This document shows positions 25,227 through 36,319 of a stretch of DNA of 64,000 nt, in pieces. The DNA lies in NCBI RefSeq assembly GCF_011045215.1, contig NZ_CP049201.1, one strand, 5' to 3'. A model generated the notes under the pieces. The model had not been told where the DNA came from. It did no database searches and saw only the letters and a program-made list of their open reading frames with translations. Position 1 is the stretch's first letter, and every line of letters starts with the position of its first letter. A program made the translations under genes and the position numbers. This DNA is from Escherichia coli (lineage in GTDB: Bacteria; Pseudomonadota; Gammaproteobacteria; Enterobacterales; Enterobacteriaceae).

Positions 25227-27818
25227 ATGCATCAATCTGGTTCTGTTTCTCTTTGTCGTTCCGCAATATCTGTTCTGGTAGCTACAGCGTTATATTCACC
25301 CATAGCATTGGCATCAACAGTTGAGTATGGTGAGACAGTTGATGGTGTTGTCCTGGAAAAAGATATCCAGCTGGTTTATGGGACCGCCAATAATACGAAA
25401 ATCAATCCTGGCGGAGAACAGCATATTAAAGAATTTGGTATAAGTAGTAATACTGAAATTAACGGCGGGTATCAGTACATTGAAATGAATGGCACCGCAG
25501 AATACTCCGTATTAAATGATGGTTATCAAATTGTTCAAATGGGTGGCGCGGCAAACCAGACTACCCTCAATAATGGTGTGCTACAGGTTTATGGCGCAGC
25601 GAATGATCCCACGATTAAAGGCGGGCGCTTAATCGTTGAAAAAGATGGGATTACCGTCCTTGCCGCTATCGAAAAGGGAGGATTACTGGAGGTTAAAGAG
25701 GGGGGATTAGCGATTGCGGTAGATCAGAAAGCAGGCGGTGCTATTAAAGCAACCACGCGGGTCATGGAGGTATTCGGAACAAACCGTCTCGGTCAGTTCG
25801 AAATCAAGAATGGTATTGCTAACAATATGCTGTTGGAAAACGGCGGAAGTTTGCGAGTTGAAGAAAATGACTTCGCTTATAATACTACTGTAGATAGTGG
25901 CGGCTTACTGGAGGTTATGGATGGCGGGACTGCAACTGGCGTTGATAAAAAAGCAGGCGGAAAATTAATTGTCTCAACGAATGCGCTGGAAGTGAGTGGT
26001 ACAAACAGTAAAGGCCAATTTAGTATAAAAGATGGTGTGTCAAAAAATTATGAACTGGATGATGGTTCCGGGCTTATTGTTATGGAGGACACGCAGGCCA
26101 TTGACACTATCCTCGATGAGCATGCCACTATGCAATCGCTGGGAAAGGATACTGGTACGAGAGTGCAGGCAAATGCGGTATATGATCTCGGTCGATCAGA
26201 TCAGAATGGAAGTATAACGTATTCCTCTAAAGCCATCTCTGAAAATATGGTTATCAACAATGGCCGCGCTAACGTCTGGGCTGGCACAATGGTTAACGTG
26301 TCAGTCAGAGGAAATGATGGCATTCTTGAGGTTATGAAGCCGCAAATAAATTATGCACCCGCAATGTTGGTGGGTAAGGTAGTGGTTTCTGAGGGCGCTT
26401 CTTTAAGAACGCATGGTGCCGTGGATACCAGCAAAGCGGATGTTTCGCTCGAAAATAGCGCATGGACCATCATTGCCGATATCACTACGGCGAACCAAAA
26501 CACCCGCCTTAACTTAGCCAACCTTGCGATGTCTGGCGCAAATGTGATTATGATGGATGAGCCAGTGACTCGTTCATCTGTGACGGCAAGTGCGGAAAAT
26601 TTCACTACGTTGACCACCAATACCCTGTCGGGAAACGGCAATTTTTATATGCGTACCGATATGGCGAATCATCAGAGCGATCAGCTCAACGTCACCGGAC
26701 AGGCAACAGGTGATTTCAAAATATTCGTTACGGACACCGGTGCCAGCCCGGCAGCAGGAGATAGCCTTACACTGGTAACGACGGGCGGCGGTGATGCTGC
26801 ATTTACGTTGGGCAATGCCGGAGGCGTTGTTGATATCGGTACGTATGAATATACCTTGCTGGATAATGGCAACCATAGCTGGAGTCTGGCAGAGAATCGC
26901 GCGCAAATTACCCCTTCAACCACTGATGTGCTGAATATGGCGGCAGCACAACCGCTGGTATTTGATGCAGAGCTGGACACCGTGCGTGAGCGTCTTGGTA
27001 GCGTAAAAGGCGTTAGTTACGATACGGCGATGTGGAGTTCGGCAATTAACACCCGCAACAACGTGACCACTGATGCGGGAGCTGGTTTTGAGCAAACATT
27101 GACGGGCCTGACGCTCGGTATCGATAGCCGTTTCTCCCGTGAAGAAAGCAGTACAATTCGCGGCTTGTTCTTTGGTTACTCTCATTCTGATATTGGTTTT
27201 GATCGCGGCGGCAAAGGCAATGTCGATAGCTACACCCTGGGGGCTTATGCCGGTTGGGAGCATCAGAACGGTGCCTATGTTGATGGAGTGGTGAAAGTTG
27301 ACCGTTTTGCCAACACCATCCATGGCAAGATGAGTAATGGGGCAACAGCGTTTGGCGATTACAATAGTAACGGCGCGGGTGCTCATGTTGAGAGCGGGTT
27401 CCGTTGGGTTGACGGATTGTGGAGTGTTAGACCCTATCTCGCCTTTACCGGCTTTACCACAGATGGTCAGGACTACACGTTATCAAACGGCATGCGCGCT
27501 GATGTGGGAAATACCCGGATATTACGCGCTGAAGCGGGAACGGCGGTAAGCTATCACATGGACCTGCAAAACGGTACGACGCTGGAACCCTGGCTGAAAG
27601 CCGCCGTGCGTCAGGAATACGCCGATTCTAACCAGGTGAAAGTTAATGACGATGGCAAATTTAATAATGATGTGGCTGGAACCCGTGGCGTTTATCTGGC
27701 TGGGATAAGGTCATCGTTTACCCCGACGTTAAGCGGTCATTTGTCAGTCAGCTATGGCAATGGCGCAGGGGTAGAATCGCCGTGGAATACCCAGGCTGGT
27801 GTGGTCTGGACGTTCTGA
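25227..27818 (+). CDS. yejO: autotransporter outer membrane protein YejO, apparently intact (863 aa)
   Basis: Signal peptide, passenger domain with internal ~55-aa repeats (GGLLEV..GG.A..VD.KAGG…), C-terminal beta-barrel ending …AGVVWTF. Confidence 0.85.
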   Translation: MHQSGSVSLCRSAISVLVATALYSPIALASTVEYGETVDGVVLEKDIQLVYGTANNTKINPGGEQHIKEFGISSNTEINGGYQYIEMNGTAEYSVLNDGYQIVQMGGAANQTTLNNGVLQVYGAANDPTIKGGRLIVEKDGITVLAAIEKGGLLEVKEGGLAIAVDQKAGGAIKATTRVMEVFGTNRLGQFEIKNGIANNMLLENGGSLRVEENDFAYNTTVDSGGLLEVMDGGTATGVDKKAGGKLIVSTNALEVSGTNSKGQFSIKDGVSKNYELDDGSGLIVMEDTQAIDTILDEHATMQSLGKDTGTRVQANAVYDLGRSDQNGSITYSSKAISENMVINNGRANVWAGTMVNVSVRGNDGILEVMKPQINYAPAMLVGKVVVSEGASLRTHGAVDTSKADVSLENSAWTIIADITTANQNTRLNLANLAMSGANVIMMDEPVTRSSVTASAENFTTLTTNTLSGNGNFYMRTDMANHQSDQLNVTGQATGDFKIFVTDTGASPAAGDSLTLVTTGGGDAAFTLGNAGGVVDIGTYEYTLLDNGNHSWSLAENRAQITPSTTDVLNMAAAQPLVFDAELDTVRERLGSVKGVSYDTAMWSSAINTRNNVTTDAGAGFEQTLTGLTLGIDSRFSREESSTIRGLFFGYSHSDIGFDRGGKGNVDSYTLGAYAGWEHQNGAYVDGVVKVDRFANTIHGKMSNGATAFGDYNSNGAGAHVESGFRWVDGLWSVRPYLAFTGFTTDGQDYTLSNGMRADVGNTRILRAEAGTAVSYHMDLQNGTTLEPWLKAAVRQEYADSNQVKVNDDGKFNNDVAGTRGVYLAGIRSSFTPTLSGHLSVSYGNGAGVESPWNTQAGVVWTF

Positions 27819-27880
27819 TAACAGACAATAAACAGGCCATGATGTGTCACGGTCTGTTTATCGAATTAAATGCAGATATA

Positions 27881-27913
27881 AAAAAACCAACCTTTACGGT
27901 TGGTTTTTTTTTG
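27881..27913 (+). terminator. intrinsic terminator downstream of yejO
   Basis: AAAAAACCAACC-ttta-CGGTTGGTT-TTTTTTTT. Confidence 0.8.
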
Positions 27914-27920
27914 GGATTTT

Positions 27921-27997
27921 TGGTCGGCACGAGAGGATTTGAACCTCCGACCCCCGACACCCCATGACGGTGCGCTACCAGGCTGCGCTACGTGCCG
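27921..27997 (-). tRNA. proL: tRNA-Pro (anticodon GGG)
   Basis: Minus strand reads CGGCACGTAGCGCAGCCTGGTAGCGCACCGTCATGGGGTGTCGGGGGTCGGAGGTTCAAATCCTCTCGTGCCGACCA, a cloverleaf with encoded CCA. Confidence 0.93.
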
Positions 27998-28071
27998 ACT
28001 CGTGGCTGTTAATACTACCGTTTTCCACACCGATTGCAAGTAAGATATTTCGCTAACTGATTTATAATTAA

Positions 28072-29832
28072 TCAGTTAGCGATAAAACGCTTCTCGTCTG
28101 TCAGCACTTGCAATAACAAACTTAACTGTGGTTTTTCATCTTTCACTCTTTCACCACGTAAGTTGTAAGTGCGGTATTTACCGTTATTGTTCAGCACCAG
28201 CGTCTTTTTCGGGGTGGTAATTGCCAGCGTATCGTTATCCGCTGCGGTAACCCAGTAATGACGGCGTTGAGGGTTGAACAAATCCTGACCTTGCGAATAT
28301 TCGCTGGCAGGTGTGCTGACATGTAGCAGGCGTTGCATCAGCGTCGTCATCAGATCGGTATGATCAGTCAGCGCATTAATACGCTGCGCCGGCGTGCCTG
28401 GCCAGTGAATCACTAATGGCACCTGTAGATGACCGTGGGACCAGTCAAAGGTTTCTTCCTCTTCGCTCAGCGGAATACCCCGACCGGCAGTGATAATCAC
28501 TACCGTATTGTCCAGTTTGCCAGAATCGCGTAGTGCATTGAGCACGCGGGTGATCTGGTCATCGACATTGCCTGCCGCCCGGCTATATTTCCGTGCAAAT
28601 GCCTGCTGATTGCTGTCGTCAATGTTAGTGCCATTGAAAGAGACCCACGAGAACCAGCGGTTATCTTCTTGTGCGTAGCGGCCCAGCCAGTTGATCCACT
28701 GCGTGGCGGTCTGCTCGTCGGATTGGGTGCGTACGCTCGGCATCGAGAAATCTGACAACAATGCCTGGCGATACAGCGGGCTGGTAAAGCCATCTGATGA
28801 GAATAACCCCAGCTGATAGCCTTGCTGATTAAGCGCAGTAATTAATGCCGCAGGCGTACGGGTCGACAGAATGCCGTCCATATAGCTCGGCGAGATGCCA
28901 TAGAACAGGCCAAAGATACCGTTGTCTGTAGTGTTGCCGGAGCTCATATGGCGCGTGAACGAAATATTTTGCTCAGCAAAACCTGCCAGCGCAGGCATCT
29001 GCTTCTCGAAGCGTGAGTAGTTCAGGCCATCGACAGTAATCAACAGCACATTCTGCCCGGTGCCCATATCGCGATAGCGCAGTTCGCTTAACGGATACTG
29101 AACGGAAACGGCGTCTGGATTACCTTGCTCAATAAGACGGCGTTGATACTCCTGCGCATCAAGCAGGCCATGCTTCTCAAGAAAACGTCGCGCCGTCATC
29201 GGGTACGAAAGCGGCAGGTTAGCGCGCTGCATGGTGATCGGGCGATAGAAGTTGGCATCGGCCCAGATATACACCACATGCGAGGCGATAAAGGCGATAA
29301 ATAAGAATGCGGCCAGCGGGCGCGCGAAGCGTCGACGACGCGTCAGGCTGCGCAGCTTTTGCCAGCTCCACGTCGCAAACACCAGTTCAAGCAATAAAAT
29401 AACCGGCACGCTGATGAACATCAGCTGCCAGTCGCGCGCCATCTCATTTTCGTCTGGGTTGATAACCAGTTGCCAGACGATGGGATTAAGATGGAGATGG
29501 AAACGAGTAAAGACTTCGCTATCGATCAGTAATAGCGTCATTCCCGCCGTTGCCAGAATGACGGACAAAAACCTCATCAGCCTCTGGGAGCCGACGATAA
29601 AGGTCAGCGGGAAGAGGATCAGCAAGTAGGTGGCGAACACCAGGAAGCTGAAATGGCCGATAATGCTTACGTAGGAATAAATGCGACCAGCAAGCGTGGT
29701 CGGCCAGTCGGCGATAAACAGGTAACGGCTGCCAATGACGAGCGAAAGCAGAATATTGAACAGTGCAAACCAGTGCCCCCAACTGACCATCTGGGAGACT
29801 TTTTCACGGTAGCGCTGACGATGAGTTACCAT
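28072..29832 (-). CDS. yejM: inner membrane protein YejM/PbgA (LPS/cardiolipin homeostasis)
   Basis: 586-aa ORF with N-terminal TM domain and periplasmic sulfatase-like domain. Confidence 0.95.
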   Translation of the reverse strand: MVTHRQRYREKVSQMVSWGHWFALFNILLSLVIGSRYLFIADWPTTLAGRIYSYVSIIGHFSFLVFATYLLILFPLTFIVGSQRLMRFLSVILATAGMTLLLIDSEVFTRFHLHLNPIVWQLVINPDENEMARDWQLMFISVPVILLLELVFATWSWQKLRSLTRRRRFARPLAAFLFIAFIASHVVYIWADANFYRPITMQRANLPLSYPMTARRFLEKHGLLDAQEYQRRLIEQGNPDAVSVQYPLSELRYRDMGTGQNVLLITVDGLNYSRFEKQMPALAGFAEQNISFTRHMSSGNTTDNGIFGLFYGISPSYMDGILSTRTPAALITALNQQGYQLGLFSSDGFTSPLYRQALLSDFSMPSVRTQSDEQTATQWINWLGRYAQEDNRWFSWVSFNGTNIDDSNQQAFARKYSRAAGNVDDQITRVLNALRDSGKLDNTVVIITAGRGIPLSEEEETFDWSHGHLQVPLVIHWPGTPAQRINALTDHTDLMTTLMQRLLHVSTPASEYSQGQDLFNPQRRHYWVTAADNDTLAITTPKKTLVLNNNGKYRTYNLRGERVKDEKPQLSLLLQVLTDEKRFIAN

Positions 29833-29851
29833 AACCTGTTATCTGTTTCCC

Positions 29852-30079
29852 TTAGTGCGCTTTGTCTTCGTTGATAGAGGACTGTAAGGCGCGGGCAAAA
29901 GAGTTGGCAATTGCCTGGCGTTGGGCCGGGGCAATGCTGGTGTTGATAAGGTTAGTGACCATGTTGCCTAACACCATCAGGGAAAGGTCGGTCGGAGCCT
30001 TATGTTTTTCCAGTACGTTGAGCAGCTCTGCGAGCAATTGTTCAACCTGTTCATCACTGTAGCGGGAAATTTGTGGCAT
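29852..30079 (-). CDS. yejL: UPF0352 protein YejL
   Basis: 75-aa [30 protein letters not shown]…. Confidence 0.9.
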
Positions 30080-30260
30080 AAATCGAAATCAGTTAGTTGA
30101 TGAAAGGGCAACATATTACCGTAGCAACGGTTTTTTTTCTGCTTTTTTATGCGTTAAATCATTCTCGTTACGCTGCCTTCTGTAAAATGACCGCCATCTT
30201 TTATTGCGTCGCTTAACCGGCGGTGGTTGAATACCGCCCGGTCTTAAAGGAGAGTTTATC

Positions 30261-31268
30261 ATGAGTCTGGATATCAACCAGATTGCTCTGCACCAGCTTA
30301 TCAAGCGTGATGAGCAGAACCTTGAGCTGGTGTTGCGCGATTCATTGCTGGAACCGACAGAAACCGTCGTTGAGATGGTGGCAGAACTGCATCGGGTCTA
30401 TAGCGCCAAAAATAAAGCTTACGGCTTGTTTAGCGAAGAGAGTGAACTGGCGCAGACGCTGCGCTTACAGCGTCAGGGCGAAGAGGACTTTCTGGCATTT
30501 AGCCGCGCGGCAACCGGTCGCCTGCGTGACGAATTAGCGAAATATCCTTTTGCTGACGGTGGATTCGTGCTGTTTTGCCACTACCGTTATCTGGCGGTGG
30601 AGTATCTGCTGGTGGCAGTCCTGAGCAACCTGAGCAGTATGCGCGTTAACGAAAATCTCGACATCAACCCAACCCATTATCTTGATATCAATCATGCGGA
30701 TATTGTTGCGCGTATCGATTTAACCGAATGGGAAACCAATCCAGAGTCGACCCGCTATCTCACTTTCCTGAAAGGGAGAGTAGGGCGCAAAGTGGCGGAT
30801 TTCTTTATGGATTTCCTCGGGGCCAGCGAAGGGTTAAACGCGAAAGCGCAAAACCGTGGGCTGTTGCAAGCGGTTGATGATTTCACTGCCGAAGCACAAC
30901 TGGATAAAGCAGAGCGACAGAACGTGCGCCAGCAGGTTTATAGCTACTGTAATGAGCAGCTGCAGGCAGGCGAAGAGATCGAACTGGAATCGCTGTCGAA
31001 AGAGCTGGCAGGCGTAAGCGAAGTGAGCTTCACGGAGTTTGCGGCTGAAAAAGGCTACGAACTGGAAGAGAGCTTCCCGGCAGACCGTAGCACACTGCGT
31101 CAGTTGACGAAGTTTGCCGGTAGCGGCGGTGGCTTGACTATTAACTTTGATGCGATGCTGTTAGGTGAACGCATCTTCTGGGATCCAGCAACCGATACCT
31201 TGACCATTAAAGGCACGCCGCCGAATTTGCGCGACCAATTGCAGCGCCGGACGTCTGGCGGCAATTAA
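30261..31268 (+). CDS. yejK: nucleoid-associated protein YejK/NdpA
   Basis: 335-aa [30 protein letters not shown]…. Confidence 0.93.
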
Positions 31269-31361
31269 TCGGTTTTGTGTTCTGAATGCCAGATGCGGCG
31301 TGAACGCCTTATCTGGCCTGCAAAAAATAGCAATACCGTAATCAGGCATAATCTGCAGATA

Positions 31362-31391
31362 CAAAAAACCCCGCCGGAGCGGGGTTTTTTA
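31362..31391. terminator. bidirectional intrinsic terminator between yejK and rplY
   Basis: AAAAAACCCCGCCGGAGCGGGGTTTTTT. Confidence 0.85.
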
Positions 31392-31406
31392 CAACTTATT
31401 CAGCAA

Positions 31407-31799
<393 letters not shown>

Positions 31800-31815
31800 T
31801 CAATCAAAACTACCA

Positions 31816-33576
31816 TTAACCGCGTAATTCGTGCGCCCGACGAAAACGACCTTCGTAATCGAACACTTTTTCACGCACTTGCCAGTACTGACCTTTCATG
31901 CGGGCGACGACAAAATCCGGATGTCGCAGTAAGGCTTGCTGGGCGAGGATATCGGCGGCGGTGATCCAGCGCAGAGGGATGCCCGGTGTGCGCGTATGCG
32001 GGCGGATAAAAAGCTGCTCGAAAGCAGTTCGCTGGGCGGGCGTTTGCAGACGGAAACGCTCACTCACATCCGCGCCGTCTTCATCGTAATAGGTGATTTT
32101 CAACCATTCGCCTTTCTCGTCGTGCCCATGCTGCAAAGACATGCCGCTACAGCGTAATACCAGCGCATCTTTCAGTCGTAGCGCCGCTTTTAACATATCA
32201 TCCGGATCAACCAGTACCGTGTCACATTCGCGGCAGCGGCGAGCGGCAATATCATTTTCCGCGTTACATTGCGGGCAATTTTTAAAACGGAAACGGAAGT
32301 CACACTGTTCGCGATGACCGTCGTCATCTTCAAACCATCCCTGACAGCGGCGACCAAAGTGTTCAATCAATGTCCCGTCGGCGGTCGTTTTCCCCCAAAA
32401 GGTGTTGGCAAAACCGCAGGCAGGGCAGAAAACCTGTACCGGAACGTTGTCACTTTTGCCTTTCGGTGTACCAACTTCCGGCGCGTAGAGATCGTGAGGA
32501 TTACCCGCATAATCAAGGATTAAACAATCAGTCTTGCCCGGAGCGAGACGCAGACCGCGCCCGACAATCTGTTGGTAAAGACTCACTGATTCGGTAGGGC
32601 GCAGAATGGCGATAAGATCGACGTGCGGGGCGTCAAATCCGGTGGTCAGTACTGCGACGTTGACCAGATAGCGAAAACGCTGGGCTTTAAAATCTTCAAT
32701 TAACACATCGCGCTCAGCGCCGGGGGTGTCGCCAGTAATCAGTGCAGCATCTTCGGCGGGTAGTAATCCCACAATCTCTTTTGCGTGTTCAACGGTGGCG
32801 GCGAAAATCATCACCCCTTTGCGCGTTGCAGCAAACTCCATAATCTGGCTGATGATGTGCGGGGTAATACGTTGTTGTTTTTTTAGCTCGCGGTTGAGAT
32901 CGGCTTCGCTGAACAGCCCATTACTCTGTGCCTGCAAGCGGCTGAAATCGTATTGCACTACTGGCATATCCAGTCGTTCTGGCGGCGTCAGATAGCCGTG
33001 TTTAATCATATAACGCAGCGGCAGCTCATAAATGCAGTCACGGAAAAGGGCTTTCTCATCGCCGCGTACCATGCCGTGATAATGGAACTGGTAGATCCAG
33101 CCTTTGCCCAATCGAAAAGGCGTGGCAGTCAGCCCCAGCAGGCGTAAGTGGGGATTCACTTTTGTCAGGTGAGTGAGGATTTGCTGATACTGGCTCTCTT
33201 CATCGTCACCAATACGGTGACATTCATCGACAATCAACAGCGAAAATTCACCCTGAAAGGCATCAAGATTACGGGCGACCGACTGCACGCTGCCAAATAC
33301 CACTTTACCGTGGCTCTCTTTGCGCTTTAGCCCGGCGGCAAAAATATCGGCTTCCAGCCCCAGCGCCTGATACTTTGCATGGTTTTGCGCCACCAGTTCT
33401 TTAACGTGTGCCAGCACCAGTACGCGACCACGAGCCAGCCGTGCCAGTTCCGCTATCACCAGGCTTTTACCTGCGCCGGTGGGCAGCACGATAACGGCAG
33501 GGGTTTTATGACGACGAAAATGGTTGAGCGTGGCATCCACGGCTTCTTGCTGATATGGGCGAAGTGTAAAAATCAT
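31816..33576 (-). CDS. radD: ATP-dependent DNA helicase-like repair protein RadD (YejH)
   Basis: 586-aa ORF with superfamily-2 helicase motifs (Walker A PTGAGKS, DECH box) and C-terminal zinc-finger cysteines. Confidence 0.93.
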   Translation of the reverse strand: MIFTLRPYQQEAVDATLNHFRRHKTPAVIVLPTGAGKSLVIAELARLARGRVLVLAHVKELVAQNHAKYQALGLEADIFAAGLKRKESHGKVVFGSVQSVARNLDAFQGEFSLLIVDECHRIGDDEESQYQQILTHLTKVNPHLRLLGLTATPFRLGKGWIYQFHYHGMVRGDEKALFRDCIYELPLRYMIKHGYLTPPERLDMPVVQYDFSRLQAQSNGLFSEADLNRELKKQQRITPHIISQIMEFAATRKGVMIFAATVEHAKEIVGLLPAEDAALITGDTPGAERDVLIEDFKAQRFRYLVNVAVLTTGFDAPHVDLIAILRPTESVSLYQQIVGRGLRLAPGKTDCLILDYAGNPHDLYAPEVGTPKGKSDNVPVQVFCPACGFANTFWGKTTADGTLIEHFGRRCQGWFEDDDGHREQCDFRFRFKNCPQCNAENDIAARRCRECDTVLVDPDDMLKAALRLKDALVLRCSGMSLQHGHDEKGEWLKITYYDEDGADVSERFRLQTPAQRTAFEQLFIRPHTRTPGIPLRWITAADILAQQALLRHPDFVVARMKGQYWQVREKVFDYEGRFRRAHELRG

Positions 33577-33725
33577 GGTCTCGCGTAGGTAGATTATTCT
33601 GCTAATAGTATGCCACGGATCTTTTTCCCTTGAGGGATGTTATTAGACCGCTATACTGGGCAGACAACAGTTCAGATTTTCGGGTCATTACCCGACCTCC
33701 GTTTTTTACAGGCAAAATCACACAC

Positions 33726-34421
33726 ATGCGACTTGATAAATTTATCGCACAGCAACTCGGCGTTAGCCGTGCTATTGCCGGGCGTGAAATCCGCGGCAAT
33801 CGTGTCACCGTCGATGGCGAAATCGTCCGTAATGCAGCGTTCAAACTGCTTCCTGAACATGATGTCGCTTACGATGGCAACCCGCTGGCGCAGCAACACG
33901 GTCCACGTTACTTCATGCTCAATAAGCCTCAGGGCTATGTTTGCTCCACGGACGACCCTGATCACCCAACGGTGCTCTATTTTCTTGATGAACCAGTGGC
34001 GTGGAAACTGCACGCCGCAGGGCGGCTGGATATCGATACCACCGGTCTGGTGCTGATGACTGATGATGGTCAGTGGTCGCACCGCATTACTTCTCCGCGC
34101 CATCATTGCGAGAAGACCTATCTGGTGACGCTGGAATCACCCGTAGCTGACGATACGGCAGAGCAATTTGCTAAAGGCGTGCAGCTGCATAACGAAAAAG
34201 ATCTCACTAAGCCGGCGGTGCTGGAAGTGATTACCCCAACGCAGGTTCGTCTGACCATCAGCGAAGGGCGTTATCATCAGGTGAAACGCATGTTCGCCGC
34301 TGTGGGTAACCATGTGGTTGAGCTGCATCGTGAACGTATTGGCGGCATTACGCTGGATGCTGATTTAGCCCCCGGTGAATATCGTCCGTTAACTGAAGAA
34401 GAAATTGCCAGCGTCGCCTAA
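33726..34421 (+). CDS. rsuA: 16S rRNA pseudouridine516 synthase RsuA
   Basis: 231 aa from the ATG at 33726 ([19 protein letters not shown]…); S4 domain plus pseudouridine synthase core. Confidence 0.93.
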
Positions 34422-34448
34422 CTTTTCAATGACTTTCAGGAGCCCGTT

Positions 34449-35639
34449 GTGACCACCCGACAGCATTCGTCGTTTGCTATTGTTTTTATCCTTGGCCTGC
34501 TGGCCATGTTGATGCCGCTGTCGATTGATATGTATCTGCCCGCGCTACCGGTAATTTCAGCGCAGTTTGGCGTACCGGCGGGCAGTACGCAGATGACCCT
34601 CAGTACTTATATTCTGGGCTTTGCGTTGGGGCAGTTAATCTACGGGCCGATGGCAGACAGCTTCGGGCGTAAGCCGGTGGTTCTTGGCGGTACGCTGGTG
34701 TTTGCCGCCGCCGCGGTGGCGTGTGCGTTGGCACAAACCATCGATCAGCTGATTGTGATGCGTTTCTTCCACGGGCTGGCTGCGGCTGCGGCCAGCGTGG
34801 TTATCAACGCTTTGATGCGTGATATCTACCCGAAAGAAGAGTTCTCGCGGATGATGTCGTTTGTCATGCTGGTGACGACCATTGCACCGCTGATGGCACC
34901 GATAGTTGGCGGCTGGGTGCTGGTGTGGCTGAGCTGGCATTACATCTTCTGGATCCTCGCCGTGGCGGCGATTCTGGCTTCGGCAATGATCTTCTTTCTG
35001 ATCAAAGAAACCTTACCACCGGAGCGTCGCCAGCCTTTTCACATTCGTACCACTATTGGTAACTTTGCGGCGCTGTTCCGTCATAAGCGTGTCCTGAGTT
35101 ATATGCTGGCCAGCGGTTTCAGCTTTGCCGGGATGTTCTCGTTCTTAAGCGCCGGACCGTTTGTCTACATTGAAATTAACCACGTCGCGCCGGAAAACTT
35201 TGGTTATTACTTTGCACTAAACATTGTTTTCCTGTTCGTGATGACCATCTTTAATAGCCGCTTCGTCCGCCGTATTGGCGCGTTAAATATGTTCCGCTCG
35301 GGGTTGTGGATACAATTTATTATGGCAGCATGGATGGTCATCAGTGCGCTGCTGGGGCTGGGATTTTGGTCGCTGGTGGTTGGCGTTGCGGCGTTTGTGG
35401 GCTGCGTGTCGATGGTGTCATCCAATGCGATGGCGGTCATTCTTGATGAGTTTCCCCATATGGCGGGAACGGCATCTTCGCTGGCAGGAACCTTCCGTTT
35501 TGGCATAGGGGCAATTGTTGGCGCATTGCTTTCTCTTGCGACCTTTAACTCTGCATGGCCGATGATTTGGTCAATTGCATTCTGCGCAACCAGCTCCATT
35601 CTCTTCTGTCTGTACGCCAGTCGGCCGAAAAAACGGTGA
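34449..35639 (+). CDS. bcr: MFS efflux transporter Bcr (bicyclomycin/sulfonamide resistance)
   Basis: 396-aa 12-[39 protein letters not shown]…. Confidence 0.93.
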   Translation: MTTRQHSSFAIVFILGLLAMLMPLSIDMYLPALPVISAQFGVPAGSTQMTLSTYILGFALGQLIYGPMADSFGRKPVVLGGTLVFAAAAVACALAQTIDQLIVMRFFHGLAAAAASVVINALMRDIYPKEEFSRMMSFVMLVTTIAPLMAPIVGGWVLVWLSWHYIFWILAVAAILASAMIFFLIKETLPPERRQPFHIRTTIGNFAALFRHKRVLSYMLASGFSFAGMFSFLSAGPFVYIEINHVAPENFGYYFALNIVFLFVMTIFNSRFVRRIGALNMFRSGLWIQFIMAAWMVISALLGLGFWSLVVGVAAFVGCVSMVSSNAMAVILDEFPHMAGTASSLAGTFRFGIGAIVGALLSLATFNSAWPMIWSIAFCATSSILFCLYASRPKKR

Positions 35640-35650
35640 TCTATTGCACA

Positions 35651-35682
35651 ACGAGGAAGCTAAAAGGCTTCCTTTGTTGATG
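35651..35682 (+). terminator. putative intrinsic terminator downstream of bcr
   Basis: GAGGAAGC-taaaa-GGCTTCCT followed by TTGTTG. Confidence 0.55.
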
Positions 35683-35971
35683 CATGTCAACCACAAATCT
35701 ATCATTCCCCCGATATATGTTTATTTTATGTAAAATCAATTTATGTAAAAAGTCACATCATTGTAGTTAAAAAGGTTGAGTTAGATCGCAGAAACGGGTA
35801 CATATAGCCCCGCAAACGTGACCACGCCCGCAGATATTACTTAAATCAGAGCCATAGAGGCCACGCAGGCGAGGCATCAATCTTTACGATCTGTATAAAG
35901 ACGGATTGTTGATGATGTGTTAAAATTGATGTAAACAAATTGTGAAGTAAATGTGCTTCCGGGGAAAATAA

Positions 35972-36316
35972 GTGACTTCATTACAACTCTCAATCGTCCA
36001 TCGACTGCCGCAGAACTATCGCTGGTCTGCTGGTTTCGCAGGTTCGAAGGTTGAACCGATTCCGCAAAATGGACCGTGCGGTGACAACAGCCTGGTGGCG
36101 CTTAAATTGCTTAGCCCGGATGGTGATAATGCATGGTCGGTGATGTACAAACTAAGCCAGGCGTTAAGCGACATCGAAGTTCCATGTTCGGTGCTGGAGT
36201 GTGAAGGTGAGCCGTGCCTGTTTGTAAATCGCCAGGACGAGTTTGCTGCAACATGCCGATTGAAAAATTTTGGTGTGGCAATTGCCGAACCCTTTTCAAA
36301 CTACAATCCTTTTTAA
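35972..36316 (+). CDS. yejG: uncharacterised protein YejG
   Basis: 114-aa [29 protein letters not shown]…. Confidence 0.85.
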
Positions 36317-36319
36317 GCG

